Shown here: piece after piece, positions 1-13,498 of the stretch
How the letters are laid out: each line of letters starts with the position of its first letter
Position numbering within the stretch: the stretch's first letter is position 1
Assembly: GCF_040938485.1 (NCBI RefSeq)
Contig: NW_027271601.1
Span: forward strand, 1,054,001-1,118,000
Direction: 5' to 3'
Source: Diadema antillarum
Taxonomy: Eukaryota
Length of the DNA: 64,000 nt
Translations under genes and position numbers: made by a program
The notes under the pieces: generated by a model
What the model saw: the letters and a program-made list of their open reading frames with translations, nothing else
Databases searched by the model: none
What the model was told of the DNA's origin: nothing

Positions 1-649
1 CCAATGCAATTGCTCCGTTTCGTTGGCGACCCATCGCATTGATGACCTGGTTTTGTTGATCGCCCATCTGAACTACGCCTCCATTACAAATCTCAATCTA
101 GAGTATGACAGAATGCATTTAATCATAACATGGCTCCTGGAGACACTTGGTCAATGGCTTGTGATAGTTTGTCAATGCTCAAAATACACCATGTATCCTC
201 TGAAATAAACTAAATTTTGGTAAGCAATTTGAGTTTGCGATATAAATGTTCAAAGATGTCTTGAGAAGTCATGAATGTTTGAATTGAAAACAAAATATCC
301 TCATATGATTAGCAAAATGGATGTTGAAATTTTTTTAGCAAATATATCTTTGTATGATTTTGTCCTGTTCTAGTGAAAATTAGTTCAAATATTTAAGCCA
401 AATAAAGGGCAATATTTCTACGGACAAATTAAAGCCTGAACTGGGTGATAGAAAAGTGCCAGTAAGTTGTATATATCTGATTACTTTGTACCACTCTGCA
501 CTATTTGTTGTGTTGGACTGGTGCCATTTCAGTGTGCTTCAACTTGTACAAAAATATTTTGAGAAATGCTGTTTTCAAAATATGTTCATGTGAGCTGTAG
601 AGTTCTAGTTTGCTGAAATCAAACAAACTAAAAACCATCTGTATTATTC

Positions 650-1260
650 AGGTATTCTTCTCTTCTAGACTTATAGGGTATTCCCGTTTTATTCACCAGC
701 ACATTCCATTCTTGCAGGAGGAAGTGTACCATCTCTTGACCAGAGGGACCAGACTGGGCTGGTTAACCCTTCCTTTGCCACCAGTAACTCAAATACATGC
801 AATACATCAGTGGTGTCTCCATGCAGTGGCTATGAAAGGCTTAACTAGATATTTTGCTGCTTGGATAGTTTTGTCTGTGCTGGCCATGCAGACATCCATC
901 AAACTAAATGATGCCCAGAGTTCATTTAAGGCCAACCAGATCTGTGGCCTACTTATTAGTCATATTGACCTAGTCTCCCTGTCTAGAGCATTGAGGTTTG
1001 TTGTACCACAAATAGACCTCAATGATTTTCAGGGATCCTTGCAAAAAGTTTTATCGTCGAAGAGTGACAATAGAACTGACAAAGAGAGACCCTGGAATGG
1101 AAGTCACTTCAGCTGATTAGAATGTTTTCACATTGCACTGTCTATTCCTTGGAATGTAACTGTCATATCGGGTCTGGAAAAGCAGACAGTCTGTGAATGG
1201 TTCCAAGTTTAAGGACCAGTTGTCATGGTAGTAGACTGGTGATAGGACTAAGGCTTTGTC
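650..1260 (-). mobile_element. Degenerate RTE-clade LINE remnant (RT C-terminal region)
   Basis: Minus-strand mixed-frame fragments SAF.R..RNR..KT, FQGLSLSVLL, TN..LDR..RSI.LISR.QIW and GGKGR...KRW resemble the RTE ORF tail; many stops and frameshifts. Confidence 0.4.
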
Positions 1261-1763
1261 TAGCCCTGTGTGTGTTGTGTCTAGGTTTCACAATAGGCGA
1301 TTAATCATTGTCAAACAATGGCAGTGCCTTCAGAGTTGCTTGTTTGGCTGGTTTCAGTAGCTGATGGCTGTTTATTTTTTCTGTAAGGAGTCTTCACACC
1401 AGTTCCTGGAACATCTAGGGGAGAACACCAGTGGAACTCTGAGAGATAAATTATTTCTTTCCTCTTTCTCAAACAGTTTGCTTTCAGCAGACAGGGAATT
1501 TGTTTTACTGTGCAGATTACCAAGTTACCATACAGCTTTCTGTATAACACATAGGGCTGAAGGGCAGACTTTATTCGTGATATAAAAACTGTAGTCACCG
1601 CCCTTCCCCTACCCCTCCCCACACACTCCCATGAGATTGAAAGACATAAAGTGTTTGTTAATTGAGCAAAACTTTGGAAACCATTATGATGGGGGGGGGG
1701 GGGGATTAAAGATTTATCCATTTTACGCCCTTCCTACAAGAGTTGATTACAACAATTGCATAT

Positions 1764-2010
1764 GAAGAGTTTGTTCGCAAAATCCGAGTAGTCCATTTTT
1801 GAAGATTTTGAAGTACGGTCTCTGTCATAAAGTACAAAATAATACCTTTTAAATGATATATTGGTCACTACATATAAAGGTACATTTTTGAAGTTATGGT
1901 CAAAAGAAGCAAAAATTTTCTTATTATTTTCTTTATTTTTCTTGACCTTTAATCGCAAATATCTCCATGTGACAAATATGGACTTATCGGTTTTTGCGAA
2001 CAAACTCTTC
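1764..2010. mobile_element. MITE family H, copy 1 (GAAGAGTTTGTTCGCAAAA TIRs)
   Basis: ~40-bp TIRs, ATAT on both sides; near-identical copy at 61297-61543. Confidence 0.9.
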
Positions 2011-2400
2011 ATATGATGAATGAAACAAAACTTCATGGTTGCTACAGACTGTTTGAGAGTATGCTACAGTTACCCAAAGGTCTGATATATTATAGGACAT
2101 GAGTTAAGACTGTGATATACCAATCATAATAGTCCTCAATACAATCATTGATTAATGATATACTCCATTAATATCATGAGGCTGTTTTAACTTCTTGTAC
2201 AGCTGCTGTTCTATTTCATTTGAATGGAATTATATGCAATTCAAATTTATGTTCAACTTTGCTCTACTAGAAAAGAGTAAGAAAATGACAGACATTCCAT
2301 AAAAAAACCCTCATGAAATTAGAATGATATAGAACTAAAGTTTTCATCATACAGTAATAGTCACAGCCACATACATACAATGTAATTGATTAATGATTAA

Positions 2401-2966
2401 AGGACAAGTTCACCTTCATAGACATGTGGGTTGAGTGAATGCAGCAATATTAGTAGAACACATCAGTGAGAGTTTGAGCAAAATCAGACAATCCGTTCAA
2501 AAGTAATTATTTTTTGAAGTTTCTGCTCACTCAAGGCTGGATGAGAAAACTAGTATAGCTTGTGATGTCACATGTGTACAACGATATAAAGCAAGAATAA
2601 AGAAAATTCAACATATTTTCACTTTTCTCGCATAAAAAACAGAACACTTGACTTCTCTCTTTCACAAGGCAGGGGGAATGATATTACCCTTAACATATGT
2701 CAGTAACAAGTCAAAGGAATGCATGTGCACTTTATCCAAAAAGTGAAGTTTTGTGAAATTCTCTTTTTATTTTCTGTATATCATTGTACACACATGACAT
2801 CATACACTGTAGTAGTCTTCTCTCATCCAGCAGTGACTGCGCTGATACTTTAAAAATTCATAGCTTTTGAACGGATTGTCCGATTTCCCCCAAACTTTCA
2901 CTGATGTGTTTTACTAATATTGTTGCATTCACTCAATCCACATGTATATGAAGGTGGATTTGTCCT
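2401..2966. mobile_element. Kolobok/T2-like fold-back MITE
   Basis: TTAA|AGGACAAGTTCACCTTCATA...TATGAAGGTGGATTTGTCCT|TTAA with long imperfect inverted arms. Confidence 0.88.
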
Positions 2967-5900
2967 TTAAGCTTCTATAGGGCATTTAACAATATAACAA
3001 ATCAACAAAACCATTTTAAAATCACATTATCACAAAAACTTATTTGGCACATTACATTCAAAATAACAAATATGCATTCAACACAAAACATAAACTGTAT
3101 GCATGAATGTACAGTATGTAGCTTACAAAACAATGTATGATGTCATTCAATCAAATTTCTCCATTGACTGACACAAAACATTTCTATTAAATTCCTTTTC
3201 TGACACAATATTACAAATAAAAGTGTTTACAATGTCAAATCAAATTATTCAAAACAATATCCTGCTTCATTAGGGTATTGAGCGATTATTTCTCTGTCCC
3301 CAAGAAAGTACAGACAAATATCTTAACTAACAAACTTTGAAATTAGTAAGTCTGAAGGCCTCATAAGGACAGCAGATATTCATAATCTGTTATGCAATCT
3401 CATTCCAACGTATGTTTCCTCATCTACTTCGTGATCATTTCAGCTTCAAAAATATTTTTCATGCGGATTGTCGTGGTTTGACTGTCACCTTAACACACAT
3501 GAAAGAGTACATTGTGTAGGAGCAGTTGCTAAGTTGCCAATTTTTAAATCTTTTTAATCAAAGAGGAATAGTTCCTCCAGTGATCACCCTTGTTATCCAT
3601 ACCCTGCCGTGGTAAAGTTTTCCATGTTGACATTGAATTTGAGATCATTTTTTTTTTGAGTTTCTCATTTTTCCCAGAGTAACTAAATATCTTATCTAAC
3701 AATAGTTTTGTGTAACACAAAATTGTGCAGTATATTATAAACATATAAACTGAAAACAAATACAAGGATACTGTTGTAAGCAAAAAAAGTTTCATTTTAT
3801 TTTATCCCATATTCAAATTCTTACAAGTAAGTAAGTAGTTGCAGTTTGAAGAACAATATTAATGATTGTGTAATTATGGATTATTTGTACTCATAGTTGA
3901 TTTGTATGTTTGTTTCTCTAGTTAATTGTAAAGAGACATTGCTTAGAGACATTTTGGTCATGAGCACTCTATACATTGTTCATATTATTATTATCAAATC
4001 ATAAACATATCAAGAATTAAAAGTGTAAAACTTTCAAATGCAACAAATAAGAGAATTGATATGTGAACCATGAGGAATTTACGTACAAGAATTGCTTGTA
4101 AGATGTAAATTGTTATGACTAGCAGCCTTATTGAGAAAGGTGAGAAAGATAAAAAAAGTCCTATATTTTTCACTGAGTAGGATTTGTTGAATGAAAATAT
4201 TTTATAAAAAATGTATGTTACTATTATGCACTATTGTACCATTGTCTTATTTATGAAATTATCATAACTTCAATTTTGATTTTGATTTCCTTTTCTAATA
4301 GGTCACTAGATTTAATGGCACATTTTAAGTGCTGTCTTTATCATTATTAATATTATCATATTTACTATCATTCTATATTATTAAGATAATGCCATAGAAT
4401 GTCAGTTTGGAAAATGTTTGCTGTAATGACATTAAAAGAAATTAACTAACTCAAAACAGTATTATATTTATCCTTAACATGACCTCATCTTAGTTTCAAC
4501 TCTTTATCAGGGAGTAATCAAAAGTGGTGATAATGAAATGTGGGTGAAATGTCCAAACCATGACCCAAAATCATCCTTGTTACAGATAAGGATTTGAAGA
4601 CTGATTTACTGCTTGCTCATTAAGTGTTTTCATTATGGCTCAGAGCACGTAGGCATCAGGTCTTCTTTGCTCTTCTGTGGTATAAACAGAGTTATCTCTA
4701 TACTTCAAACAAAATGCAATAAAAGATATCTTCATTTGGATGTCTGTGTGTACATCATGAACATTCAGTAGCACAATCTTACTTTGATAGGCCATACTCA
4801 GGTTCATATTCATATACTTATAGGTTGCTTTTGTTTTCATTGTTTGCGAAGCCAAAGGACTTTGAGACCCATCATGGTCCTAGGGTACTAGGAAGGGTGC
4901 AACACATTATAGGAGATTTTAGTGTGTACTCTGGTGGTACGAAACATGTGAGTTCCATGACTTTGTAAACGCAGCCTTAAAATGTGTGTTGCCTGGGGAA
5001 GAGCTGGTTTTAGTGGACTACATTCAGGTTAAAAGTTCACCGCAGCAGCCCTGATCCCATCAAACCCTGCGCCGCCATGGCAAATAATCCAGCCTGACAA
5101 AGGGTCAAAGGTCGGGAACATTTTGTCATGTGACCCACTTCGTCTTTTTCCTACATTGTCTTACTGGCAACTTTCTTGTGCTTATCTATATAGCTAGCCT
5201 GCATGATCACCAACGTAATGTTTTTTCTATTTCGTATTGTGAAGGGCCAAAGTGGGTTTGCTAGGAGCAAAGGGATCACTGTCCAAGAATTGTTTGTGAT
5301 GAAAAAGTATTGATTTAATATGCATGCAATATCTTTGGCAGCAAGCAACATATACACTGATGCTACCAAACATTGTGAGTCAGTGCTACCAACATTTGCT
5401 GCTTGTGTGTGTCTTTGATTATTACTAGTAAAATGTTATTCAGCATATTCAAGACCAGTTTAGAGGTGAATTCTTCTCGCTTCATCATAGGAAGCAGTAT
5501 AACCATTTCAGTTTTCCTCTTTCTGTCTTGAGAATCTCCCTCCGAAAGCTTAATGAGCAAAAAATTAGAATCATATGCAGCTTTGTGCGTCTAGACAAGA
5601 GGCTGTCTTCTTCGATGGTTGTTTCTCACAGGGCTAAATTAGGCTTTAATTTTTTGACATGGCCCTGAATTGGTGTAGGCCCGCATAACATGTAATAATG
5701 GCAGCATGGCTGAGCAGAGGGTGCCCCTCGGGCTACACCGGCTCATATTCAATATTGTTTTCTTTCAATAAAAATGCCCGTATTATTATCAAGCTTTGAA
5801 TATTGCACACTGGGTGGCTGCTAGTGTGATCATGTGTGTATGTTAGCACCACATACTCCAAACAGCTGAGTGAGCGCCTAATCTTTACCCTATTCATCAG

Positions 5901-6912
5901 TCACAGAGCTAGCTATCTGTTTATTCCCCAGTCCCCCTCTCCTGTCTGCTAGTATTTTGATATGCACGCTTTTCATATAACCATTTTTATTCTGTGTTGA
6001 TGTGAATTTGTATTCAATAAAATAGTATTTTATTGGCTCGATTGTCTTTCTGAGTGTACATGGCTCAGTCCTTTTTGTACTGTGTACATGCACTTCGTGT
6101 ACAATTTCACAATGTACCCATCATTTGATAAGACCTTAGTTGTCATTGGCATACAGTGCATCCACACTCACGTTAGTACCTTTTGCAAAATGGGTTTAGA
6201 AATGTAGCCAATCACAAGCACTGAGGTGAGTTACGTGTGCTCTCTTAATTTTTTCGCTAATGCATGAGAATGCAAAAAGTGTGCAGCAAAAAGCGTAAAT
6301 ATGTTCTACACTGCATGTGTTATCTTACAGCAGATTACCAATTGCTCTGTGCAGCGCAGCTAGCTGTACACGTAGCACAAACCCAAGCAATCACTGAAAT
6401 ACACACGGCCGTCTGCATATCTGATTGAAGAGCAGCCCCATTGTATTGATGTACCAAGTTTTACCGACTGATATAGTTCTAAACCTATTTTATAAAACAT
6501 ATAATGCTCAGAATCGAGTTTGTGACTATTGGAGCTGCAGCACACACTCACATGTATTCACAGTGTCGTGCATGTTGCACTGTTGTAAATACCCTTGGGT
6601 TTGAGGAGTTCATGTTTCATTATCTAACAATGAACTGCTTGGTTTAACTTCAGTAATAATAGATCTACACTCTTTTATTTTGGTTAATGGCTTTGACTAT
6701 AACAATTTTTTCCCAAAAGGGTGCAGTCATGAAAAAAGATTGGTTCACAAGAAAGGATAAACAATTTCATGATTTCAAATATTGATTAAATTGTGTTGTT
6801 CATCTCCAGATAATAAAAAGGAAAATCAAAAAGGTTATACAAAATGTTTACTCTAGAATTTGAACTTTGATGGTAAGGCTTTTATCCTGGATTGATGCCT
6901 CTATGTAGGCCT

Positions 6913-7030
6913 ACAGTCAAACCTGTCTATAGTGACCACCCAAGGGAGACAGAAAAAGTGGCCATTATAGACAGTAGGCTGATATGGACAGGGTCTTTAG
7001 CATGGCCTTTCTCTCTGGGGGCATTTTTTT
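6913..7030 (+). mobile_element. Partial Tc1/mariner-like MITE family F (5' half)
   Basis: TA|CAGTCAAACCTGTCTATAG start matching the complete copy at 51127-51307. Confidence 0.75.
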
Positions 7031-8206
7031 TTTAGTGTTCTTGTGAATTGTTCATACTGACATCAGACAACACCTCTATTGAAATCATGTCACACAATAG
7101 GGGCTTTTCTGCTCCCGTGAGAAAAAAGAAATCATCAACTTCAGCGACAAGCTGCATTTCTAACTGTGTTTGTGCCACGTTTGGAAATGCTGTGAAAAAA
7201 AAAGTGTGTTGGGAAGAAAATTATATATTCATGAATTGTATTTCATGACTAGACATGCATCATTGGTATTTTGTCAATAGGGTTTGAATTCTTCCTATTG
7301 TTAACGATTTTCAATGCACATTCATGTTGAAAGGTTAGTAACACTAAGAGTGTAATGACCCTTTTTTGAGACTTACCTGTATCTACAGTACAGTACCAGC
7401 ACAACGGCAACGTTGAATGACTTGAATGATGGAAATATACAGGTTGTCATCAGCCCAACAGAAGGACTTAAGGCTTTCATGTGTGAAAATCACACAAAAT
7501 TATAATTACTTGGGGCCCCTACATCATATGATAGAGTTTTGAAAACTATCTGATTATGTCACAAACCAAAATTGGGTTGAAATTTCATGCAAGGACCCCT
7601 CTGCTGGGCAGGCAACAAGGTCTGCTGTGATGCATTTGTATTCTTGGTTTCATAAAGTTTGTGTCTTGCCTGGAAGTTTATCAAAGTTAGATAAGATGTG
7701 ATTATATTGATACTCTTATCCATTCTCACTAATGGAGCGAAACAGGAAAAGAAACATCTACAGTTGCATTCTCTCAGCACTTAGAAACAAATTCTCTTCA
7801 TATAAAGATAAATTGATACAAAACACACACTTGATATGAAAAGATATGAAGGTAATAAAAGAAAGGTTTTAAAGATACAAAAAGAATCATGCACCCTGAG
7901 AAATCCAAGATCATTTTCAGGATTTTTAGTTTAATGAAAGAAAAAAGATACAGTATTTTCTTTTTTATTTGTCTTGATGACTTCACAACAATATGTTGCT
8001 ACTTACAAATAAATGGTGATTTTCATACCACAGCTGTACATTGTTATCAGCTTCACACACATTTGATACACCCATTCATGTCTTCACTAGCTTCCTTCAT
8101 CCAAATTTAACGCAATGAAAATTCTTACTGGTAGATATTCCCTTCTGTTTCCCAGTCATCTCTGCATTAATCATCGAGTACATCTTGTTGTGTAATCACT
8201 CACTGG

Positions 8207-10713
8207 TCAACATTCTGTTCCCAGGCCTTTTTTTTGCCACCAATCCATTTTTTGTCTTGTTTCATTTTGCTTCATCATGTCATGAGTCTCTTGAAAGGTG
8301 AAGGTCAGAAACCTCCATCGCCCGGAGGACCAAACCACAAGAATGAAATCTCTGACCGAGAAAACCCTGCCTCTGAGTCCATGACCGCAACGCCACAAAA
8401 TCAATAATACACTCGATGCGAGTCGCAGCTCGTCGTGAAACGAAACGCAATAGTGTTCGGCAGTGGAGGCTGCATTGATCAGGGCGCGTAACCGAATCGG
8501 GGGGAAATGTAGCATATTGTGCTCTCTGGTGAGCACAAATGCAAACACGCATGATGTGTTGCTACGGCACCCATCTAATGGGGATGTGGGGAGGAGAGAT
8601 ATGTAAGATGGGAGAGAGTGAGATGAAAATTAAAGAAAGTTGGTTGCATTAACATACTTCTTCAAACACATTTTACATGTGATAGGTGATGTGATGAGAG
8701 AAAAAAAATGATGAAATTCGATTGAAGAAAATGCAAATTAAGCCACAAACTTTAATATGTTTTCCCTCACGAGACCCCAAGATCACCCATCATTATGCCT
8801 CAGCAATAGATACCAATACTAAGAAATATCTTGCTGTTGGCTGTATCCAATGACACTGGAGTATAGATGATCAATTTTTTTTTTCGATTCAATAGTTCAA
8901 TAGTTTGTTTATTTTCATCAAGAAAAAAGAAAAAGAAAACATGATTCAAAGCAGTACAAGTTGTCGATTTGTCTTTCATTCGTCTGATAAGGAAATATTT
9001 TTTTTGATACAGTATAAAGTATATGCACGAATGGTGTCATTAAAAAAAAAAAATGATGCACACTTTGTCATGGTAACAAAAAAAGAAGAAGTAAGTATTC
9101 ATCACGACGGAAAACAGTGTTCCACTATTGTTAAAAAGCCAAGCTTGTAAGATGTGGACCACTGGGAACAAAACAATGAAAGCACTAATTTGTTATACCA
9201 ATAGAATATATTCATATCAAATTCATCTATATACCATTGTACATTTGCTCATTGATATATGATGCTTATACTGTAAACAGAACTTACTATGATTTTAAAA
9301 GGCAAACATATAAAATGTACAACATAGCAAATTTATGGCAAAGACACTACATTTTGCCATGCATGCCAGGAAAATGTGACCAAAATTATATACACACGGC
9401 CACACAAAACAATAATGACAACAACAACAATAACAACACAAAACATCAGCAGAGCTCAACTTGCTCACAGGGTGACAAAGTTGTTTGTAAGTGTGCAATG
9501 TCAAGAATCATAGGTTGAAAAGGGATAGTGGAGATATGACTGGCTAAAAGGATGCTACCATAGTTGGATCAATATATCTGCTATAGCAAGATGTCTTTCT
9601 GTGATAACAGGGAGATAGTTTGAGCATTCAGACATCAGGAATCATTTTTAGACCATCTGTTCCGTAATCTGCATCTTCCATTTGACATGAAAAATATCAT
9701 TTTTGTAAAATGCAACTACACAGTGCATGGCAAATGTGTTAAAAAGCAAAAACAAACAGACAAATAAACTCACAAAACAGAAAAACAAACAAACACAAAA
9801 AACAAACAACAGCAACAAAAAACAAAAACAAGACACATAAAATGTTTGAATCATAAAGTTTGCCATTGTATTTTTACTCAGTTAGTCAAAACTTTTCCAT
9901 TTCACATTTCTGCAAGAAATCTGGTGTAAGCTCAAAACCAAGTATGAGTACAAAACATCATATGTGACCGTGCACCTCAAAACGAACATAAAGTCGCACA
10001 CACTGATTTTGCATGAGGACTGAAAATAGGTGAAATGGGTCAACCTAGCAGAACTTGACTTTTTCATATTTTCTGAATGAGTGGGTCTTCTTTTACATTA
10101 TGCCAAAATTTGGTATCATAAAATGGGCAGGAAAGTGTGTTTTTTCAGCAGTTTATCTCGAACATTTTTGGCAGAATAGTGTGATTAGGTGTGTCTTTAG
10201 AATCCCTTTTTTCATTTCTGAAAAACCTTGTCAACACTCTTCACTTTCAACTCTAATAACTTTTGAAAGGATAATGCTACTGCTTTGAAAGCTGGGATTA
10301 ATTATGGACAGAGTGTGTTAATGAGGCTTGCCTAATTTCAGTTTAATCTGATAATCCCTTCATTGTTGTTACTCTGGTGGTTTACTTCCTGTTTTTTGTC
10401 CCATTCATCGCGCAGCCAGCACGGTTTGGTATAAGATTAAGCGCTTGAATAGACACTGTACTTCAGAGCCTCTTTTCTCAGTTCACACTTTTCCTGAGTT
10501 TGTGCTTTCTTTCCAATATTTAGATAGGCTAGGAGAGTCCATTTGATTTGAGTTATACATCATTTTAAAGCTTAAAGTCTGCTCTTTCAGAATATGATCT
10601 TAACTAAAAATTCATGTCTGGCGACTTTTTGTTTGTTTTGAGGTGCAGGGTCACATATACAGTAGGTAGGTGCAAGGTGTAATGGGGTTTGGGTAAGGAT
10701 ATGAAGCTGTGTG

Positions 10714-10777
<64 letters not shown>

Positions 10778-11736
10778 GAACAGCTTTCACTTAAGCTGTA
10801 TGCTAGCTTCACCAATGAAATTGAAAAAGTTGAGTTGAAAAACATACCTATTTTGATTATAAAAATGTGTCTGAGACAAATACAGATGACTAAATATTGT
10901 CAAAATGCTTGTGTCATGTAAATATTACAATGAGTACAATTTTTTCACTTAATATGTGGATTGTATGATGCATTCAATGACTGAATGATATTTGCACATT
11001 TCATTTGGTACTGTACGAGCTGAAATTTTTGAGGTGGTTTTATTTTCACGAATTTCGCGAATCGCCTTTGAACTGCGAAAATAACAACACGCGAGAATAA
11101 CAATGCGCAAATAAGTAAGTTCAGTTAGACCCTCGCAACCGCAAAATTAACAACACGCGAAAATGTCCTCCAAGTAGCAATTCGCGAAAATATCTGTACG
11201 CAAAAATTCCAGCTCGTGCAGTAATTTGTGATATCTTATTTGGTACGTTTACCACTTGATAGAATTATAGAACTGACCGTCATTTTATCTTCAACATCTA
11301 ACCTGAGCCAATTAAGAGCAAGGATGAGCTATAGCAACTATTATCCATCATGCATTATGCTTTAAACTTTGACATATATCTGTCTTCAGAAAATGTTAAA
11401 AAATATATGTTTATATGGGAACCTTTCCTATTGGAAGGATTGAACAGTTGTCATATTTTTTGGCAGTGTATGTATGGGGGGGGGGGGAGGGAGGGAGGGG
11501 GGATAATCAGAACCTTCTGTTCCTATCTGCTTCATTCTTTCTCTGTGCTTAGTAAATGTTTGTTGAGATGATTGTTTGACTTGTAAGTTGTGGTCTTGTA
11601 GCAACTTATGCAAATACTTTTTCCCACCAGTGGAATAGGATAAGTTAGTGAAATTCTCCAAATCCTTTGCTTCATGTTAATTTGTGTTTTTGTCTTTTAA
11701 GTAAGTAATGAAGGAATTCATGACTGATTATATATT

Positions 11737-11776
<40 letters not shown>

Positions 11777-11972
11777 AATCATATCATAGTATAGAAATGT
11801 GATTCATTTATTCAGTTTGTATTGCATATTATATTGTCTTATAGTAACTTCAAGGATATATATATGTGGAATAGGATAAGTTAGTGAAATTCTCCAAATC
11901 CTTTGCTTCATGTTAATTTGTGTTTTTGTCTTTTAAGTAAGTAATGAAGGAATTCATGACTGATTATATATT

Positions 11973-12008
<36 letters not shown>

Positions 12009-12204
12009 AATCATATCATAGTATAGAAATGTGATTCATTTATTCAGTTTGTATTGCATATTATATTGTCTTATAGTAACTTCAAGGATATATATATGTG
12101 GAATAGGATAAGTTAGTGAAATTCTCCAAATCCTTTGCTTCATGTTAATTTGTGTTTTTGTCTTTTAAGTAAGTAATGAAGGAATTCATGACTGATTATA
12201 TATT

Positions 12205-12255
<51 letters not shown>

Positions 12256-12749
12256 TCCTTGAAGTCACTATAAGACAACATAATATGCAATACAAACTGA
12301 ATAAATGAATCACATTTCTATACTATGATATGATTAGATGCAAGAAAAAAAGGTATGATTAAGAACTGAGAGTTTAAAAAAAAATGAGGTATGCAGATTT
12401 AGAGGATGAAATGTGAAGTTAATTCCCAGTGCAATGAAATACAACCCTTCATCTGAATGGTGATACCCTCGGTGCAAGTAGGCTTAAGGTTACAAAGATA
12501 TAGGCTGAGAAAATATGAAAGTGGCCAAATACCATCCCCCAAGAAGTTTGGCCCCAAGCTCGTTTTAATTAGCATAATTACCTGATTACAGTAATGGTTA
12601 ATTTTGTAGCGCATCAAGCGCTCACCTCTGGGTATTGGGCAATGATGAGGTGGTGTTGAGAATATCGTCGTACTGGTGTCAACTCCATACATAGTGACAT
12701 TACCCCCATCACCACTTCCCTCCCCGCGCAATACTCTTCGCGACACCAT
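8207..12749 (-). CDS. Hypothetical divergent spliced ORF, join(12749..12626,8574..8207), 163 aa, no recognised homology
   Basis: AG|GTGAGC donor at 12625; long pyrimidine tract plus cattag acceptor at 8575; phases compatible; the second exon ends at a GTGAGT donor at 8203. It may be non-coding or chance. Confidence 0.25.
9964..10654 (-). mobile_element. MITE family C, copy 1 (~690 bp, GTGACC termini)
   Basis: TIRs GTGACC.TGCACCTCAAAAC..; ATAT flanks; reverse complement of the copies at 55771 and 58458. Confidence 0.92.
10717..10775. repeat. (CA)n microsatellite
   Basis: Direct reading. Confidence 0.98.
11011..11221. mobile_element. TA-flanked TIR MITE (CTGTA termini, CGCGAA-rich)
   Basis: TA|CTGTACGAGCTG...CAGCTCGTGCAG|TA. 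Confidence 0.8.
11630..12339. repeat. ~235-bp tandem repeat x3 containing (AT)n tracts, with the last half-unit inverted
   Basis: Units start at 11630, 11866 and 12098; 12252-12339 is the reverse complement of the second half of the unit. Confidence 0.95.
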
Positions 12750-13498
12750 CCCAAATCAATATGCATGTAGCGCCACCGAGGCAGCGTCAAATCTGTATTG
12801 GAGGCATGTCTCTCAGGAATCCCACAGTGACGCAGGACCAGTAAGATAGGCGGTCCTTTACAACGTAGGGGGGCGCCGGTAAGCGTCTAGTTTCGTTAGA
12901 ATCGGTTACACCTCAATTGTTACCGACCCGATTAGGAACAAAGTAATGATTTGCCATAAGGTTTGGAAGATTCCCTCCCTACTGGCTATTAATCCTATGT
13001 CCAGCGTAAATGGTTTTCCCTCGCAAAACTATCTGCATATTAAATAGTCTTCCTTTATTTCTGAGACATATCAAAGAAGATTCGTAGTCTCCGGGGAGTG
13101 TTTTGTCCAAAATAAGACGTCAGGCTCCGCCGAAAGGGGCATCTATCACGCAGAGTCTGTTTTGGGTTCGTATCTCGGCATGGTTTGCATTTTTAATGAA
13201 CCTCCTATTGCATTGTAATGGATGCATTATTGGCGGGGCAAGCTAGGCTGGAGTCTTGATAGAGTTTCCCTTCCCTCGGATATAAAAAAGGGCATCCTCT
13301 TCCACACTAGTCATGAAATGAGAGATCTTATCAGTCTCATACATAAAGGGGGCCACACTTCTGAGTTTGTGCTTGAAGGTTGTTGTAGGCAGAGGTTGGT
13401 CCGTGCGACATCTAGCGTCTGCTGGTAGTAAGGATCATGGACTGTCTATACTGTGATATCCCCAGGGCTCTCTTCTCCCCAGCTCTTGATACCAGCGT
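12690..13498. promoter_or_regulatory. CpG-rich candidate promoter of the NPAS1/3 gene with a possible non-coding first exon (~13310-13498)
   Basis: Marked local CpG enrichment. Reverse CCAAT (ATTGG 13229) overlaps GC box GGCGGGGC (13232); TATAAAA at 13281; donor GTGAGT at 13499; CRE-like GTGACGCA and GACGTCA upstream. Confidence 0.45.

Noticed and set aside
610-1116. 168-aa plus-strand ORF
   Set aside because: No recognisable domain, TTG start, and it lies antisense to a probable degenerate RTE remnant.
4852-4947. Plus-strand exon-like segment PKDFETHHGPRVLGRVQHIIGDFSVYSGGTKH with a GTGAGT donor
   Set aside because: Isolated; no homology recognised and no convincing partner exons.
4640-5600. 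Cluster of short minus-strand ORFs
   Set aside because: No coherent frame or recognisable transposase or RT motif; possibly old repeat debris.
8298-8407. Plus-strand terminal-exon-like reading GEGQKPPSPGG...TPQNQ*
   Set aside because: Weak acceptor and no upstream exons of a gene found; the minus-strand splice signals fit the GC block better.
10587-10921. ORFs with CV/HT dipeptide repeats, plus poly-Q/poly-N ORFs elsewhere
   Set aside because: Translations of microsatellites.
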